A stretch of DNA of 64,000 nucleotides, from NCBI RefSeq assembly GCF_006345805.1, contig NW_021833735.1:1-64000 (forward strand). Reading direction: 5' to 3'. The translations under genes and the position numbers were made by a program. Position 1 is the first letter of the stretch. Each line of letters begins with the position of its first letter. Under the pieces are notes generated by a model that was given only the letters and a program-made list of their open reading frames with translations, ran no database searches and was not told the DNA's origin. Source of the DNA: Octopus sinensis. Lineage: Eukaryota. Below are positions 39,621 through 53,935 of this stretch, one piece after another.

Positions 39621-39753
39621 TTTTTCTATTCCTGAGCGCTATACTAATACATTTGTTTGTCTTGTACACCACCTGCCTTCGTCTTTTGTTTATTTTCATA
39701 AACTTTCCCTTTATATATATATTATATTATATATATATATATATATATAATAT

Positions 39754-39808
<55 letters not shown>

Positions 39809-39838
39809 GGAGATGTGGAACACGAGTTGTGATATATA

Positions 39839-40157
39839 AAAAAAGGAAATGAAGAAAATGGTGACAAAATAATTTACGTAAGGAGAGTGTATTTAATTAG
39901 GTGAAAGTTCTTTTTACCGGTTGCGCATTTGTTATGCTTATTAAAAGATATTTTGAGTGAGATAGAGTTCCTTTCTGATTGATTTTTTTCTCTTATCAGA
40001 TAAGAGAAAAAATCAATCAGAAAGGAACTCTATCTCACTCAAAATATCTTTTGATAAGCATAACAAATGCGCAACCGGTAAAAAGAACTTTCACCTAATT
40101 AAATACACTCTCCCTTACTTAAATTATTTTATCAGCATTTTCTTCATTTCCTTTATA
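39839..40157. repeat. ~320-bp near-perfect palindrome with a 1-nt spacer at 39998
   Basis: The centre reads ...GATTGATTTTTTTCTCTTATC A GATAAGAGAAAAAATCAATC...; the inner ~115 bp per arm are almost perfectly complementary. Confidence 0.93.
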
Positions 40158-40181
40158 TATATATATATTATATAATATATA

Positions 40182-40210
<29 letters not shown>

Positions 40211-40213
<3 letters not shown>

Positions 40214-41382
40214 TGAGTTGGCAGGAAAGTGATTTTGGTTTTTTAGTGTGAAATATAAGTCATCGTTTTCATACAAAGAATGAACTTAAATCATTTATAC
40301 ATTTTTTATTTTGTTCAATGACCTTTTGCCATCTTTCTGGCAAATTCATGATTCCGCTCTCATTGAACTTCTGGTCCTTATCAGCCAAAAACTGAAGCAA
40401 ACGTGATTTCAGGTCATCATCATCATCGAAAGTTTTGCCATTCTAAGAATTTTGCAAACTTCTAAATAAACGGTTATCTGATGGAGCAAGAATAGAGCTA
40501 TATGGTGGATGTGACATCTCTTCTCAACCAAGCTCCAATGATTGTTCACGAGTTAGCAAAACAGTGTCTGGATCTAGCGTTGTCATAGTGAAACACGACT
40601 CCTTTACGATTTGCCAATTCAGGCAGTTTTTCTTTGATTGCTTCCTCCAGTTTCATTAGTTGTTGACAGTAAACATCTGAATTGATCATTTGGGTTCTTG
40701 GAAGCGGCTCAAAATACACATCTTTGAAATCCCACCAAATTGGCAGCATGACATTTTTTATGCAATTCAGCCTTCAATGTGGTTTGTGCTGGTTCATTAT
40801 TCTTAGACCAAGATCGTTTTCGATTGATGCCATTTTAAACAATTCATTTTTTCATCACCAGTGATGATTCGTTTCAAAAAGAGGTCGGTTTCATTGCGCT
40901 TGAGATACATATCGCAAATATTCAGTTTATGTGGGACTCAAATATCGAGCTACATTTAGTCTCTCTGCAATCAGATTCAATTATGGCTTTGATTCGGTCA
41001 TCATCAACTTCAGTAGGATGATCAGAACGTTGGTCAACTTTGAATGAAAAATCTCCAGAACGGAATTTTTAAAACCATTTCTGACATGTGCGTTCTCTTA
41101 AGCAATCAACACCATAAACTTCAAATATCTCTTTGTGAGCCTTAGCAGCTTTCTTATCATTACAGAAATAAAAACGCAAAATATGGCAAAAATGTTTGTT
41201 TTTGCATTCTATGTTAAAATTGACATTAAGCTAACAGTTGCAAACAAAATTACGCGCAATTTGCTTGTAAAGTAAGCTAAACGTAACGGTTATCAAATGT
41301 CTAAAGGAAAAAAATCATAACATCCTAAAATCTTCGTAACTCTTTTTGTGAAAAACGAAATTACAGCCTTGCCAACACAATA
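40211..41382 (-). mobile_element. Mariner (DD34D, Hsmar1/Mos1-like) transposon, both TIRs, decayed transposase
   Basis: TIRs TATTGAGTTGGCAGGAAAGTGATTTTGGTTTTT and rc TATTGTGTTGGCAAGGCTGTAATTTCGTTTTT lie within TA runs. Peptides: HILRFYFCNDKKAAKAHKEIFEVYG...CQKWF*KFRSGDFS and WWDFKDV...YCQQLMKLEEAIKEKLPELANRKGVVFHYDNAR. Confidence 0.93.
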
Positions 41383-41904
41383 TATATATATATATATAAA
41401 TTTAAAGGACTGACCACTAAAAGTGGACGGTCAACATGCTAGATATAAACGTCAAATCGCTATTTTCCACAAAGAATATGTTCTGAAATAAAAACTCGGC
41501 ACCGACAGAAGCATTAAAAATAAGCAAGACAAATGAAAATATACGAAATAAAAATGATTATCCATGTACCGATCAGTTTTGATTGTTAATATCTGCAAGG
41601 ATAAACTGCAATCTCGTCAGTATGGTCTGTCATATAGAAATACAATTTGCAGGACTAGATGCAAAAACGTTTGACCGGAGTCTCGCATGCATGGAGTCCA
41701 AGCGATTATATTTTTGTGTATCTTTCAAATGCCTTCACTTTGGCGCGCTGAGATCGGAAAAACTACCCTGCAGCTAATAAGCAGCAGCAGTCAGTTTGCC
41801 GGTTAGAGAAGGTATTTATTTAATTTAAAATTTAATAAGGGTAGAAATTGATATTAATCAATTTTAAAAATCCGAAGATTAAAATATTTTTACATACAAA
41901 TTTA

Positions 41905-42230
<326 letters not shown>

Positions 42231-42477
42231 CACACTCACACAGACACACACACACTAAAAAAGGTTCCTACTTCCTGTACTCCGAGTTGCTCGTTTCCGA
42301 CCATCAGCTGGAAAACTGAGGTTGGGTTTTATTTTTGAATATCCAACGTCTGGATATATTTTGAAGCAGGGAATGAAGGTTCGAATGAAACGCTAATCTT
42401 CCTGTTTTTTTCATTTAAAAACCTTTGCGAACGACACGTGCGAAAACGGTCGCTTCGATTCACATACATACACACAC

Positions 42478-42538
<61 letters not shown>

Positions 42539-42541
42539 ACC

Positions 42542-42615
<74 letters not shown>

Positions 42616-42967
42616 GCTTACAGGAATGAATACAAATGTAACAATTTTGATGACTGCATAAATGATAAACAGAACGCTATTAAGTATTTTTAAAAAAACC
42701 ATTAGTAGATCCGAATTCCAAGGCAGACATTTTGACGTCGGATCTACTAACGGTTTTTTTTAATTACTTAATAGCGTTCTGTTCATCATGTATGCAGTCA
42801 TCGTAATTGTTATAATGTCGTGTTGTTGAGATAGGTTCTCTTTCTTTCCTGATGAGAAGATATTTTTACACCGTTTATTCCTTTGGAATAAAACCAATGT
42901 TGTCTTCGAAACATATGTCAAAAGTAAAAGAATTTGAATAGCATCTGCGTTCAACTCCATTTATTTA

Positions 42968-43004
<37 letters not shown>

Positions 43005-43284
43005 CGTGTGTGTGTGTGAGAGAGAGAGAGAGAGAAAGAGAAAGATATTTATATATATATATATGTATGTATATAGAATGTATACATAAATATATATATA
43101 TGATATGTATATATATATATAGAGAGAGAGAGAGAAAAGAGAGAGTGATGTGTGTGTGTGCGTGTGTGTTTACATAAATGTTACGTACCTCAATAACTTC
43201 TACATCTTTCATCCGATTTCTCTAAAACTTTATACACCGCTGCTCCGTATCCCAGACTCGAACATAGGCTACTTAGATTTTTCT

Positions 43285-43620
43285 TAATTGATTAGCACAC
43301 TAGTAAAGAGGGCTTTGACGGGAGCCATCATCAACAAAAAATGGTGGTTTGCCTTCAAGATAGCAGTAAAAGCAGAAGCGATTAGGTACAGCAAAACACT
43401 AGCCATAGATAGAAATAGAATAGAGGGTGAGCTAGTTAAGAAGCTAGAAGGGGCAATTAGAAGCGGCATCGCATCCGACGTTTTGGCGGCGAGGTTGACC
43501 CTCAACCAACACTTCAACGCCAAACACGAAGGGTGTGCTGTCAGAGCTAGGATGCGTGCTCTAAGGAACGAAGGTGTTGGAGTCGCTAGAGAGGCCCGGG
43601 TGGCAGAGGCGCAACGGGGC
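43285..43620 (+). mobile_element. Tx1/L1-clade LINE ORF2 fragment (endonuclease-RT linker)
   Basis: [18 protein letters not shown]...[16 protein letters not shown]...AEAQRG matches the W..K..IK...I.YSK...EG..VRAR....E linker of L1/Tx1 ORF2; it ends abruptly in (GATA)n. Confidence 0.72.
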
Positions 43621-43687
<67 letters not shown>

Positions 43688-43696
43688 CTGATAGAC

Positions 43697-43815
<119 letters not shown>

Positions 43816-44133
43816 AGACATGAAATGAACTAGCAAAAGTAACTCACACTGGCTAGTGACATGCATTGAAATAGACACGAATAAAGATATATTAAATACC
43901 AAAGAAAACAGATTTGTGATTTATAGAAATCATCTCCCCTTACAGATATGACAGAACAATCGATTGGTGGCAACAGGGACCAACTTTAAATGAGAAACAC
44001 AAATTTTCTAAAATGGATTTGTCATTCAAGAGAACAGTGTCTGCTTTTGGGGAGAAGAAAAAATTTTATTGTTTGCAAGTGTTTTGCCGCAATCAGCGTC
44101 ATCAGCACAGCTGTTCAAGGGCATTTACTAACG

Positions 44134-44199
44134 AAGAAGAAGAAGAAGAAGAAGAAGAAGAAGAAGAAGAAGAAGAAGAAGAAGAAGAAGAAGAAGAAG
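44134..44199 (+). repeat. (GAA)n microsatellite
   Basis: Direct tandem repeat. Confidence 0.97.
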
Positions 44200-44323
44200 A
44201 GTAGATATATACGAAAAAAAAGTGAACTTGTTCTATGGCAGAAGTAATTTGCATAAACGGCACGAAAATGAGCTAAAGAAAAATTGAGAGTGGCCAGTGG
44301 CGTAATAAATACATATAGATATG

Positions 44324-44383
<60 letters not shown>

Positions 44384-45118
44384 CTATACATATAGCATAT
44401 ATATATAATATATATTATATATATATATATATATATGCATATATGTATATATATATATATATAATATATATATAGATAGATAGATAGATACACAACCACA
44501 CACATGGAGAGAGAGAAAGAGAGATAAAACGAGGGGGACGATAGATAAATAGACAGATACCTACACATGTATGTATATACATAGAGAGACAGACAGACAG
44601 ACAGAGCGAGGGCGAGCGCGATAGATACATACGCAAATACACACACACATATGTGTGCCCATATATATATACATATATATATATATGTTTATACATTTAT
44701 TCGCTTTTGTATGTAAACACATGTGCATATATTTGCAATAGTCATATACATTGAAATCGATCCCCCGTCTCTCGTACTGCTAATTATTTTTATTACCGAT
44801 ACAGGATATTTTTTATAGTATTTTTAATGTAATTATAATTGTCATAATGGAGGCCGCCACCATAATTATGCACACATATATTTAAATATATATACACATG
44901 CAGCTATATATATGTAATATATACGAACATATAGATAAATAGATAAATAGAAATGTATGTATACATATATATATATACATGTACGTGTGTGTGTCTGTGT
45001 GCGCGTGCTTAGAATTAGTTTTCAATTACTCTCCTAACTCGTAGCCACCATATATCTTCAGGCTTTTCCACAAACTACTCCTACTCAGAAGAATACAACG
45101 AATAATCATGATGTTGAA

Positions 45119-45162
<44 letters not shown>

Positions 45163-45166
45163 CGAC

Positions 45167-45208
<42 letters not shown>

Positions 45209-45218
45209 TGATGATGAC

Positions 45219-45258
<40 letters not shown>

Positions 45259-45569
45259 TAATATGGAATTCCTGGTGTAAATATCTATCGTACACCACTC
45301 ATTCGCTCACACATTCACAATCCGTATATATACATATATATATATATGTAGGTATATATATGTATTTGTATATATATATATTATATATATATATATAATG
45401 ATATATATGTGTATATATGTGTATATATATGTGTATATATATATATTATATATGTGTGGGCATACATATGTATATATGTGTGGGCATACATACATATATA
45501 TGTGTGGGCATACATATGTATATATATATAAATATATGTACACAATATACATATTCATATAAATACACG

Positions 45570-45626
<57 letters not shown>

Positions 45627-46252
45627 GTGGTGATAGGAATAACTATTTGTGTAAATGTGTATATGTATATATATATAATGTAGTTATTACCCTACACACA
45701 CTCACATTCTAACACGCAGCGAATTACACCACGATAATAAACATGTTTTAGTATCTGTGTGTATGGTTGTGTGAATGTGTGTACGTATGTGTGTGAGTGT
45801 GTGAATATATATATATATATGTTTGTGTGTGTGTGTATGCCTGTGTGTACCGAAAAAGGAAAATTGTACACACAATAGATATCATAAAATGAGATGTAGA
45901 CTTATTGTTAGAGGCTGAAAAGTTATTCTGTCCAACGACGTTCCTTGAGGCCATTAGGAAACTGTTAGCCAGAAATGTGTGTGTTTGTGTGTGTGTGAGC
46001 ATGTGAGTATGTGAGTATGTGGGTGTGTGTGTATGTGAATTTTTGTACAAGGCATTCATATACACACATATACACATACCCGCAAATGTAAATGCTTACA
46101 TACAGTATTACGGATACACACATGCACACACACACGCACACACAAACACACATGCACACACACGCACACATAACATAAGGACTTGCGTTTAGATGAAATA
46201 CATCTGATTTTCTATAAGTGTATATTTACTCATGTGCGCCCGCAGACACCAC

Positions 46253-46306
<54 letters not shown>

Positions 46307-46323
46307 TCTCTCTCTCTATATAT

Positions 46324-46357
<34 letters not shown>

Positions 46358-46415
46358 ATAATATATATATATATATATAATATATATATAGATATACTTA
46401 TATATATATATAATA

Positions 46416-46455
<40 letters not shown>

Positions 46456-46591
46456 TAGATAATATATATATATATATATATATATATAGATATATATATA
46501 TATATAGGATATAATATATATATATATATGTGTGTGTGTTTGTGTGTTTGTGTCTGTGTCTGTGTATATATGTATATATTATGTATGTATG

Positions 46592-46623
<32 letters not shown>

Positions 46624-46686
46624 ACAAAATAAATAAAACATATGCGTATATACATACATATATGTACATACCTACATCTATATGTG

Positions 46687-46756
<70 letters not shown>

Positions 46757-46760
<4 letters not shown>

Positions 46761-47045
46761 AGGCGCAATGGCCCAGTGTTTAGGGCAGCGGACTCGCGGT
46801 CGTAGAATCGCGGTTTCGATTCCCAGACCGGGCGTTATGAGTGTTTATTGAGCGAAAACACCTAAAAGCTCCGGCAGGGGGTGGTGATCCCTGCTGTACT
46901 CTTTCACCACTCTTTCTCCCACTCTTTCTTCTGTTGGCATGCTCGCTTACCCAGCGGGGTGGCGTCATTGGAAGGCTAAAACAATGCGAACGCATTGTGA
47001 CCAGCGGTGTGTAACTACATCTGATAGACTGGTCGGTCACGTGAT
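46757..47045 (+). mobile_element. tRNA-derived SINE (third family)
   Basis: Head GGAGGCGCAATGGCCCAGTG.TTAGGGCAGCGGACTCGCGGTCGTAGAATCGCGGTTTCGATTCCC with A- and B-box-like motifs. Confidence 0.8.
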
Positions 47046-47246
47046 CACGTGATATGTATATGTACATGCATATATGGTTACAGGGCACCAAAAAATCGTA
47101 GAACACAATGAGAAACGAAAACAAAAACAAAACATGGAAACGGACCTTTTACAAACAATGAAAAAAACAGAGTACAAGGCATACAACACAAAGAAAATTC
47201 CCCGTCTTCAGTTGCGCCTGTTTTGGCTACTCCGCCTTTCGAAGGT

Positions 47247-48095
47247 CTATATGCATACGTGGCGCGATCAATAAGCATCTCGTAAAGCCGCTTGGCAAAG
47301 ATTGACCTTAAACTCCACAGTGCATGCGCAGTATGTTTTAACGTTCTAGCTGACTGACGCTGTTTATAGCAGTGCTTGGAAAGAACGTTTGTAGCGTGTG
47401 ATCGTCGCATTGACCATGACAGAGAAAGTTGGGCAGAGAATCTTCGTCAAAATTTGCGAAATGTTTTATGATACCTGCTCAGGGGGCGGCGCGAAGTTTT
47501 CAAGAAGTTTTCATCGCTCTCGACACAATCGAAGATATCTTGTACATCTGAAACCCGAGTGTCATTTTGGTCAACTGTAAACAGTTTCGACACAAACTTG
47601 GCTGACAGGAATCTCATATCCAAATCTTCAGTGATAATGGACTGAACCGTATCTAATCTGCGCATTCTCTGACACCTCACGGATGGTGATTCGACGATTT
47701 CCCTTCACAGCTGCACGCAAACTGCGATGTGTTTTTCTTTTCAGTTCTGCTGGCAGCGGGTTTCCCTGAACGTTTGTCAATATCGACATTTTTCGGCAAT
47801 TTTCAATAACTCTGTACCAGTTGTACACCTGTGTGCGGTTAACGGGATCCTTCCCATACACTTTCTGCAGCTTTGCATAGGCATCTGACAATTATCTGTC
47901 ACGGTCAATGCAACGATCACACACTACACACCTTCCTTCCAAGTGCTGCTCTAAACAGCGGAAGTGAGCTACAACATTAACACGTAGTGCACATGTGCAA
48001 CAGTGTTCCAGATTAATCTTTGCCAAAATGGTCTACTCTGCGTGGTTTAGCTTTGTTACTATGGCAACAGTTCAGATACTTATTCATCAGACTGT
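47247..48095. mobile_element. Two convergent 5' halves of one mariner family
   Basis: Plus: TIR-like TACGTGGCGCGATCAATAAG, UTR, MTEKVGQRIFVKICEMFYDTCS. Minus: homologous TIR/UTR (GATGAATAAGTATC...GATCGTTGCATTGACC), then SDAYAKLQKVYG...RRITIREVSE...VQSIITEDLDMRFLSAKFVSKL (mariner HTH). Confidence 0.82.
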
Positions 48096-48136
48096 GTGTG
48101 TGTGAATATATATATATACATATATATGTATATATA

Positions 48137-48187
<51 letters not shown>

Positions 48188-48596
48188 CATATATATACAT
48201 ACATATATTTGGCGCTGGCGTGAGTGCGTAGTAAGAATTAGGAATATGAAATTTTGCATTTCAAAATACCTTGCATTGTCCTTTCTCATGCCCTAATGTT
48301 TTCCCGCTCAAGGTATTTTGAAATGCAAGATTATATATTTAAATAGGTTTTGTAGTTTAAATTGGATGCAAAACGAAACAATTGTAGGTGAAGATGTTAA
48401 TGGATTCATAAATTAATTTGTATCCATTAGATCTCTCCGTTTCCAAGCTAAATAATTATATATAATATATATATAGTTGTATTTCGGATGGTTATTTTAA
48501 TTACTAATGATAAATAAAATCACCATACCGAAATATAGCAATGTCTGATACAACACGATTTCATATGAGAAATATTGCAAAACAAATTGATAAACG

Positions 48597-48780
<184 letters not shown>

Positions 48781-49061
48781 CAAACAGACAGACAGAGATG
48801 GATGAAGTGATAGCTCCCATAGATCTTCCAATTTATACAATATTTTTCTCCACCTCTTCTTTACAACGAAAGTCCTCTAAATTTCTGCCTCTATACCTAC
48901 ACACACAAACACAAACACCACACACACAAACACAAACACACACACACACACACACGTACACACACACATGCGCGAACACACACAAATACATACAGATACA
49001 CACAAAGAAACACACACTCCAACACACATATTCAAACACACACACGTACACATATACTCAC

Positions 49062-49193
49062 GCCAACATGTCCGTTTCACTGGCCGCGAGCAAGTTAAGC
49101 TTCACTTCTTCGCTGGCAATCCCCCATCTTTTGTTCATCTCGCTGGTCGCGTGATGGTCTTCCGTATTGAGAGACGTAGTCAGGTTCTGAATG
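49062..49193 (-). CDS. Probable internal coding exon of an unidentified host gene (132 bp, phase 2-2)
   Basis: Acceptor CCCTCCCTCTTTCTAG| and donor |GTGAGT; length divisible by 3; a single open frame IQNLTTSLNTEDHHATSEMNKRWGIASEEVKLNLLAASETDML; GC-richer, complex sequence amid microsatellites. Confidence 0.65.
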
Positions 49194-49387
49194 CTAGAAA
49201 GAGGGAGGGCATGAGAGTGTGAAGGTAAGACTGAAGGCTATGAGCCAGTGGTGAGGAAAATCTTCAGGTGAATCTCTCGCTTCAGATTCGGCATCTTATT
49301 ACAGGTGACAATACAACATCTGTACGATACATATTTACACACATTCCTATATATATTATACCTACATACATAATATAATATATATAC

Positions 49388-49426
<39 letters not shown>

Positions 49427-49447
49427 CATATATATATATATATATAT

Positions 49448-49486
<39 letters not shown>

Positions 49487-50130
49487 CATTATACGTATGT
49501 ATGTATATGTATACATATATATACGGACATACATACATACGCATAGGCACAACCGGACACGAATGCATATGTGCGTATACATATATATTTTATACACGCA
49601 AATACATATATTTGTGTATTTGCATATTATTCACCTGTTGATATGTATTTATACGTGTGTGTGTCTGTGTGTTGAATGCATATGTATGTGTGTGTGTGTG
49701 CATATTTATACACAGACGGACGCACAGACAGATAGATATGAACATGCACTTGCATTCAAACATACATACGAACGTACATGTATACATATATATACATACA
49801 TACATATATTTATATTATATATTACCCTGATAAAGAATACCTGTCTACACACACCACACATATATACATATATATATATTATATATATTATATAATATAC
49901 ATATATATATATATATATATGTTATATAAATATATGTATATATATAGATGTTTATATATATACATACATATACACACATATTATATGCATATACACCATA
50001 CATATATCTACATATATACATATTATATATACATATGTATAATATATATATATGTGTATATATATATATATAAATGTATGTATATATATATATATATCTA
50101 TATAATATATATATATATATATAATATATA

Positions 50131-50173
<43 letters not shown>

Positions 50174-50291
50174 CATACTTATATGCATATATATGTGTAG
50201 ATATCGGATTACATATCTTTAACATCATATCCAAGAATGCTGACTCCCCTGTATCTACCTCTCTCTCCCTTATCTATCTATCTATTATCTA

Positions 50292-50323
<32 letters not shown>

Positions 50324-50900
50324 ATCTATCTATCTATCTATATATCTATCTTACACATACACATACGTGCACATACACAAACTGCCCGCTTTACAGGATG
50401 TTACTCTCCGTAGCGAGCTCCTATATAATAAATACGATTGGCCTTCATTTTTCTAACGATTCTCTTCATTGGTCGGAGTTTTTAAATCAGGGTCCGGCAG
50501 CCAGATTTGACGACGACCACCAATACCACTACTAATACTACTACTACTGCTGTTGCTGCAACTAGTACCATTATTACTACTGCTGTTGCTACTGCTGCTG
50601 CTACTACTACAACTATGACTACTCTCAGACACAATAATATACATATATATATGTGTATATACATATATAAATATTTTAGCATATATATAATACTATATGC
50701 TATACATTTATAATACATACATATATACATTTATTATCACCATCATCATCATCATCATCATCATCGTTATCATTGTCATCATCATCATCATCATCAACAT
50801 CATCATCATCATTATAATTATCTGTTACCATCACTGACTGATATAAATTATGAGTCTTGTCAAATATTTGGTATATATGACCTTCCATTCATTAGCATTA

Positions 50901-51078
50901 TGAGCGAGATCTGGCAGAAACGTTAGCAAGCCGTATTTCGTCTGTCTTTTACGTTCTGTGTTCAAATTCCACCGGGGTCCACTCTGCCTTTGATCCTTTC
51001 GAGGTCGATAAATTAAGTACCAGGTGTGTACCGGGGTTGATCTACGCGACTGGCCCCTCCTCGAAAATTTCGGGCCTT
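50901..51078 (+). mobile_element. Octopus short tRNA-derived SINE
   Basis: CTGGCAGAAACGTTAGCA...GTGTTCAAATTCC...GTCGATAAATTAAGTACCAG, same family as 54735-54949. Confidence 0.82.
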
Positions 51079-51554
51079 TCACTTGCCAGTTCATATTGCA
51101 GGCCAATCAGAAAATCGTCATCCATAACATATGAAGCGCAGTAAGTAACCTTAAAGAGTTATTCATGGATAGCAATCACACATGGCATCAGCCAATGACA
51201 CATATTTGCATCGATGTATGTATGTATATATATATATAGATATATATACATATAGATATATATCTATAGATAATGTTGTATATATATATATATATTATAT
51301 ATATATATATATATATACCCTCTTGTGTCTGAGGAGAGTCATTTTCTTTTTGTACATTATAATTTAACACACTCACCGGTAAAATTTCCACTTTTTTTAT
51401 TTTCCTTAAATTCTCCTAGCATCTTGCAACCTTTTAAATAGTCTTGACCATTATAAGGCGCAAAAAGAAAATTACTCTCCCCAGACACAACAGAATATGC
51501 TTTAACACACGAACTCACATAAGGTATCTTGCAAACCAAATCCCAAAACGAAAC

Positions 51555-51585
<31 letters not shown>

Positions 51586-52059
51586 GGAAATATTGCATTT
51601 GTAAATCTCTGAGAGAGACTTATACAGTAGCAGCACGATAAAATATCTCTCTTGAGCATATATACACACGTACGCACAGAGCCTTATAAAGTCACATACA
51701 CAAACCCTGACACACATACATAGAGACATAAACACATCTATATTCACACACTCTAATATAGAGAAAAACACTTATTTTTTATTCACTGCCCAAACTTCCT
51801 CTTTCTTTCTCTCTCTCTCTCGCTTTCTCTCTATCAGCAACATGTCTCTCAGCCTTGTGAGCAAATGTAGGATCGTGGCCTGATTCCAATGCGATTCCTT
51901 AATGCCGAAGAATCAAAGAACTTAACAAATAAACTACCAATCAATCTGAGAAGACCTGAGTAGATTTCCAAGATATTAATAATTCCAATGGCGTGGAAAT
52001 TCCATAAAAATATACGCAGTGAATAAGTAAACAAATTAATACTAAATGATATTCTAAAT

Positions 52060-52275
52060 TTAGCCCACAAGGGGCTAAACATACAGAGGACAAACAAAGG
52101 GATTAAGTCGATTACATCGACCCCAGTGCGAAACTGGTACTTTTATTTATCGACCCCGAAAGGATGAAAGGCAAAGTCGACCTCGGCGGAATTTGAACTC
52201 AGAACGTAACGATATACGAAATACCGCGAAGCATTCCGCCCGGGGCGCTAACGTGTCTGCCAGCTCGCCGCCTTA
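52060..52275 (-). mobile_element. Octopus short tRNA-derived SINE
   Basis: Reverse complement of the 54735 family: GGCAAAGTCGACCTCGGCGGAATTTGAACTCAGAACGTAA...CTGCCAGCTCGCCGCCTT. Confidence 0.88.
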
Positions 52276-52659
52276 TAAAATGTATATATTTATAATCATA
52301 CTTATATAATATATAATATAAATGTATATATTTATAATCATACTTATATAATATATACATACGTGTATATGTACCTGCACACATACATACGTACGTACAC
52401 ATATATATACATACGTAAATAGATACATGTGAAGGACAATATACATATATCAACGATAAGCTACATGTGTCAACTTACTTTATCTATCACCCTATACATA
52501 TCAAGACGTGTTTTACATTTGATCCACCAATCTATGTGTCTTCCACTTCTGCCATCTCTGTGAATACTTATCTCTCTACAGATTTGTTGAGTATAACTTC
52601 TCTATCTGATAATCTACGCACTAAACAATGCACACACACACACACACACACACACTCAC

Positions 52660-52791
<132 letters not shown>

Positions 52792-53226
52792 TATATATAT
52801 ACATATATATAATGTTGTATATATATATATATCTATATATATATATATGTATTCACATGCTTATATACACACGTTGCACACACATACACACACACATACA
52901 CATACATATGCAAAAATTTATACGCAAATTACAAATTGCGTGGCTTTATTTCTTCCGCTCGCAGCCATTATTTGCCATTCGCTAATTTTCTATTTTTCCA
53001 TTATTTCTTTGACACTGGTAACCTGTTTCCATGGAATAGAATGGCAATTGCAACAAGCGCATCAACGACAACAACAACAACAACAACATCAACAGCAACG
53101 CGTACGACATTAGCAACAACCAAAACAACAACTCACATAGCAGCATCTATACGCCTCTAAGTAGTTTTATCATCAATTTTCTAGTATATGTTTTAGGCGT
53201 CCATTATTGTTCGGATAATGATGTGG

Positions 53227-53281
<55 letters not shown>

Positions 53282-53334
53282 TAATAATAATGATGATGAT
53301 GATGATGATGATGATAATTTTCCTTGTTAACAAC

Positions 53335-53620
53335 AAGGGTTGACAAAAAGATGGCGGACCGTGAAACACGATCAAGAAGGGGCGTCAAACAAGGGAGATA
53401 ACAAAATCCCTCTTTGTGTTTTTGACTCCGCATATTTCACAATAGACATGCTGAGCGACTGAGGTATGGATAGATATTCCTTGTCGGTGACGGAATTGGT
53501 GTCAGTGAATCTGTATAATCAAAACATGCATTTGTAGGTCTGACAATGCAGAGTCAGGGTGATCTGTGAGTTTCCTTGATTAAACCCCAAACTTGGTTGT
53601 GCTTCTGTAACAAGAGGAAC
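53335..53620 (+). mobile_element. LINE RT remnant (domain 4 region)
   Basis: RRGVKQG followed by a frameshifted D..SP.LF-like and IDML segment; the downstream HAFV resembles a degenerate xAFADD. Confidence 0.45.
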
Positions 53621-53749
53621 CTCTCAACATCATTTACTCGCATGTTGTGTATGACTTTCGTCTGGATTCGATTTTTCTTGTAAACTACTTACTTCAAGCA
53701 ACTTGAAAATTCTGTCCCCCTCATTCGACGCCCCTGAGGCAAATAAAAG

Positions 53750-53790
<41 letters not shown>

Positions 53791-53888
53791 GTCGTCGTCG
53801 TCGTCGTTTTCGTCGACATCTCAATGTCTTTTTTACCCACATGGCCAATAAAACGTTCTTGTTGCTGTCATTATTATTATTATTATTA

Positions 53889-53934
<46 letters not shown>

Positions 53935-53935
<1 letters not shown>

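Noticed and set aside
46757-46835. tRNA gene
   Set aside because: It has A/B boxes but continues into SINE body sequence without a complete acceptor stem; treated as a SINE head.
53350-53400. AAGATGGCGGAC as a YY1 site or gene start (MADRET...)
   Set aside because: The ORF is only 16 codons and overlaps the GVKQG RT motif of a LINE remnant.
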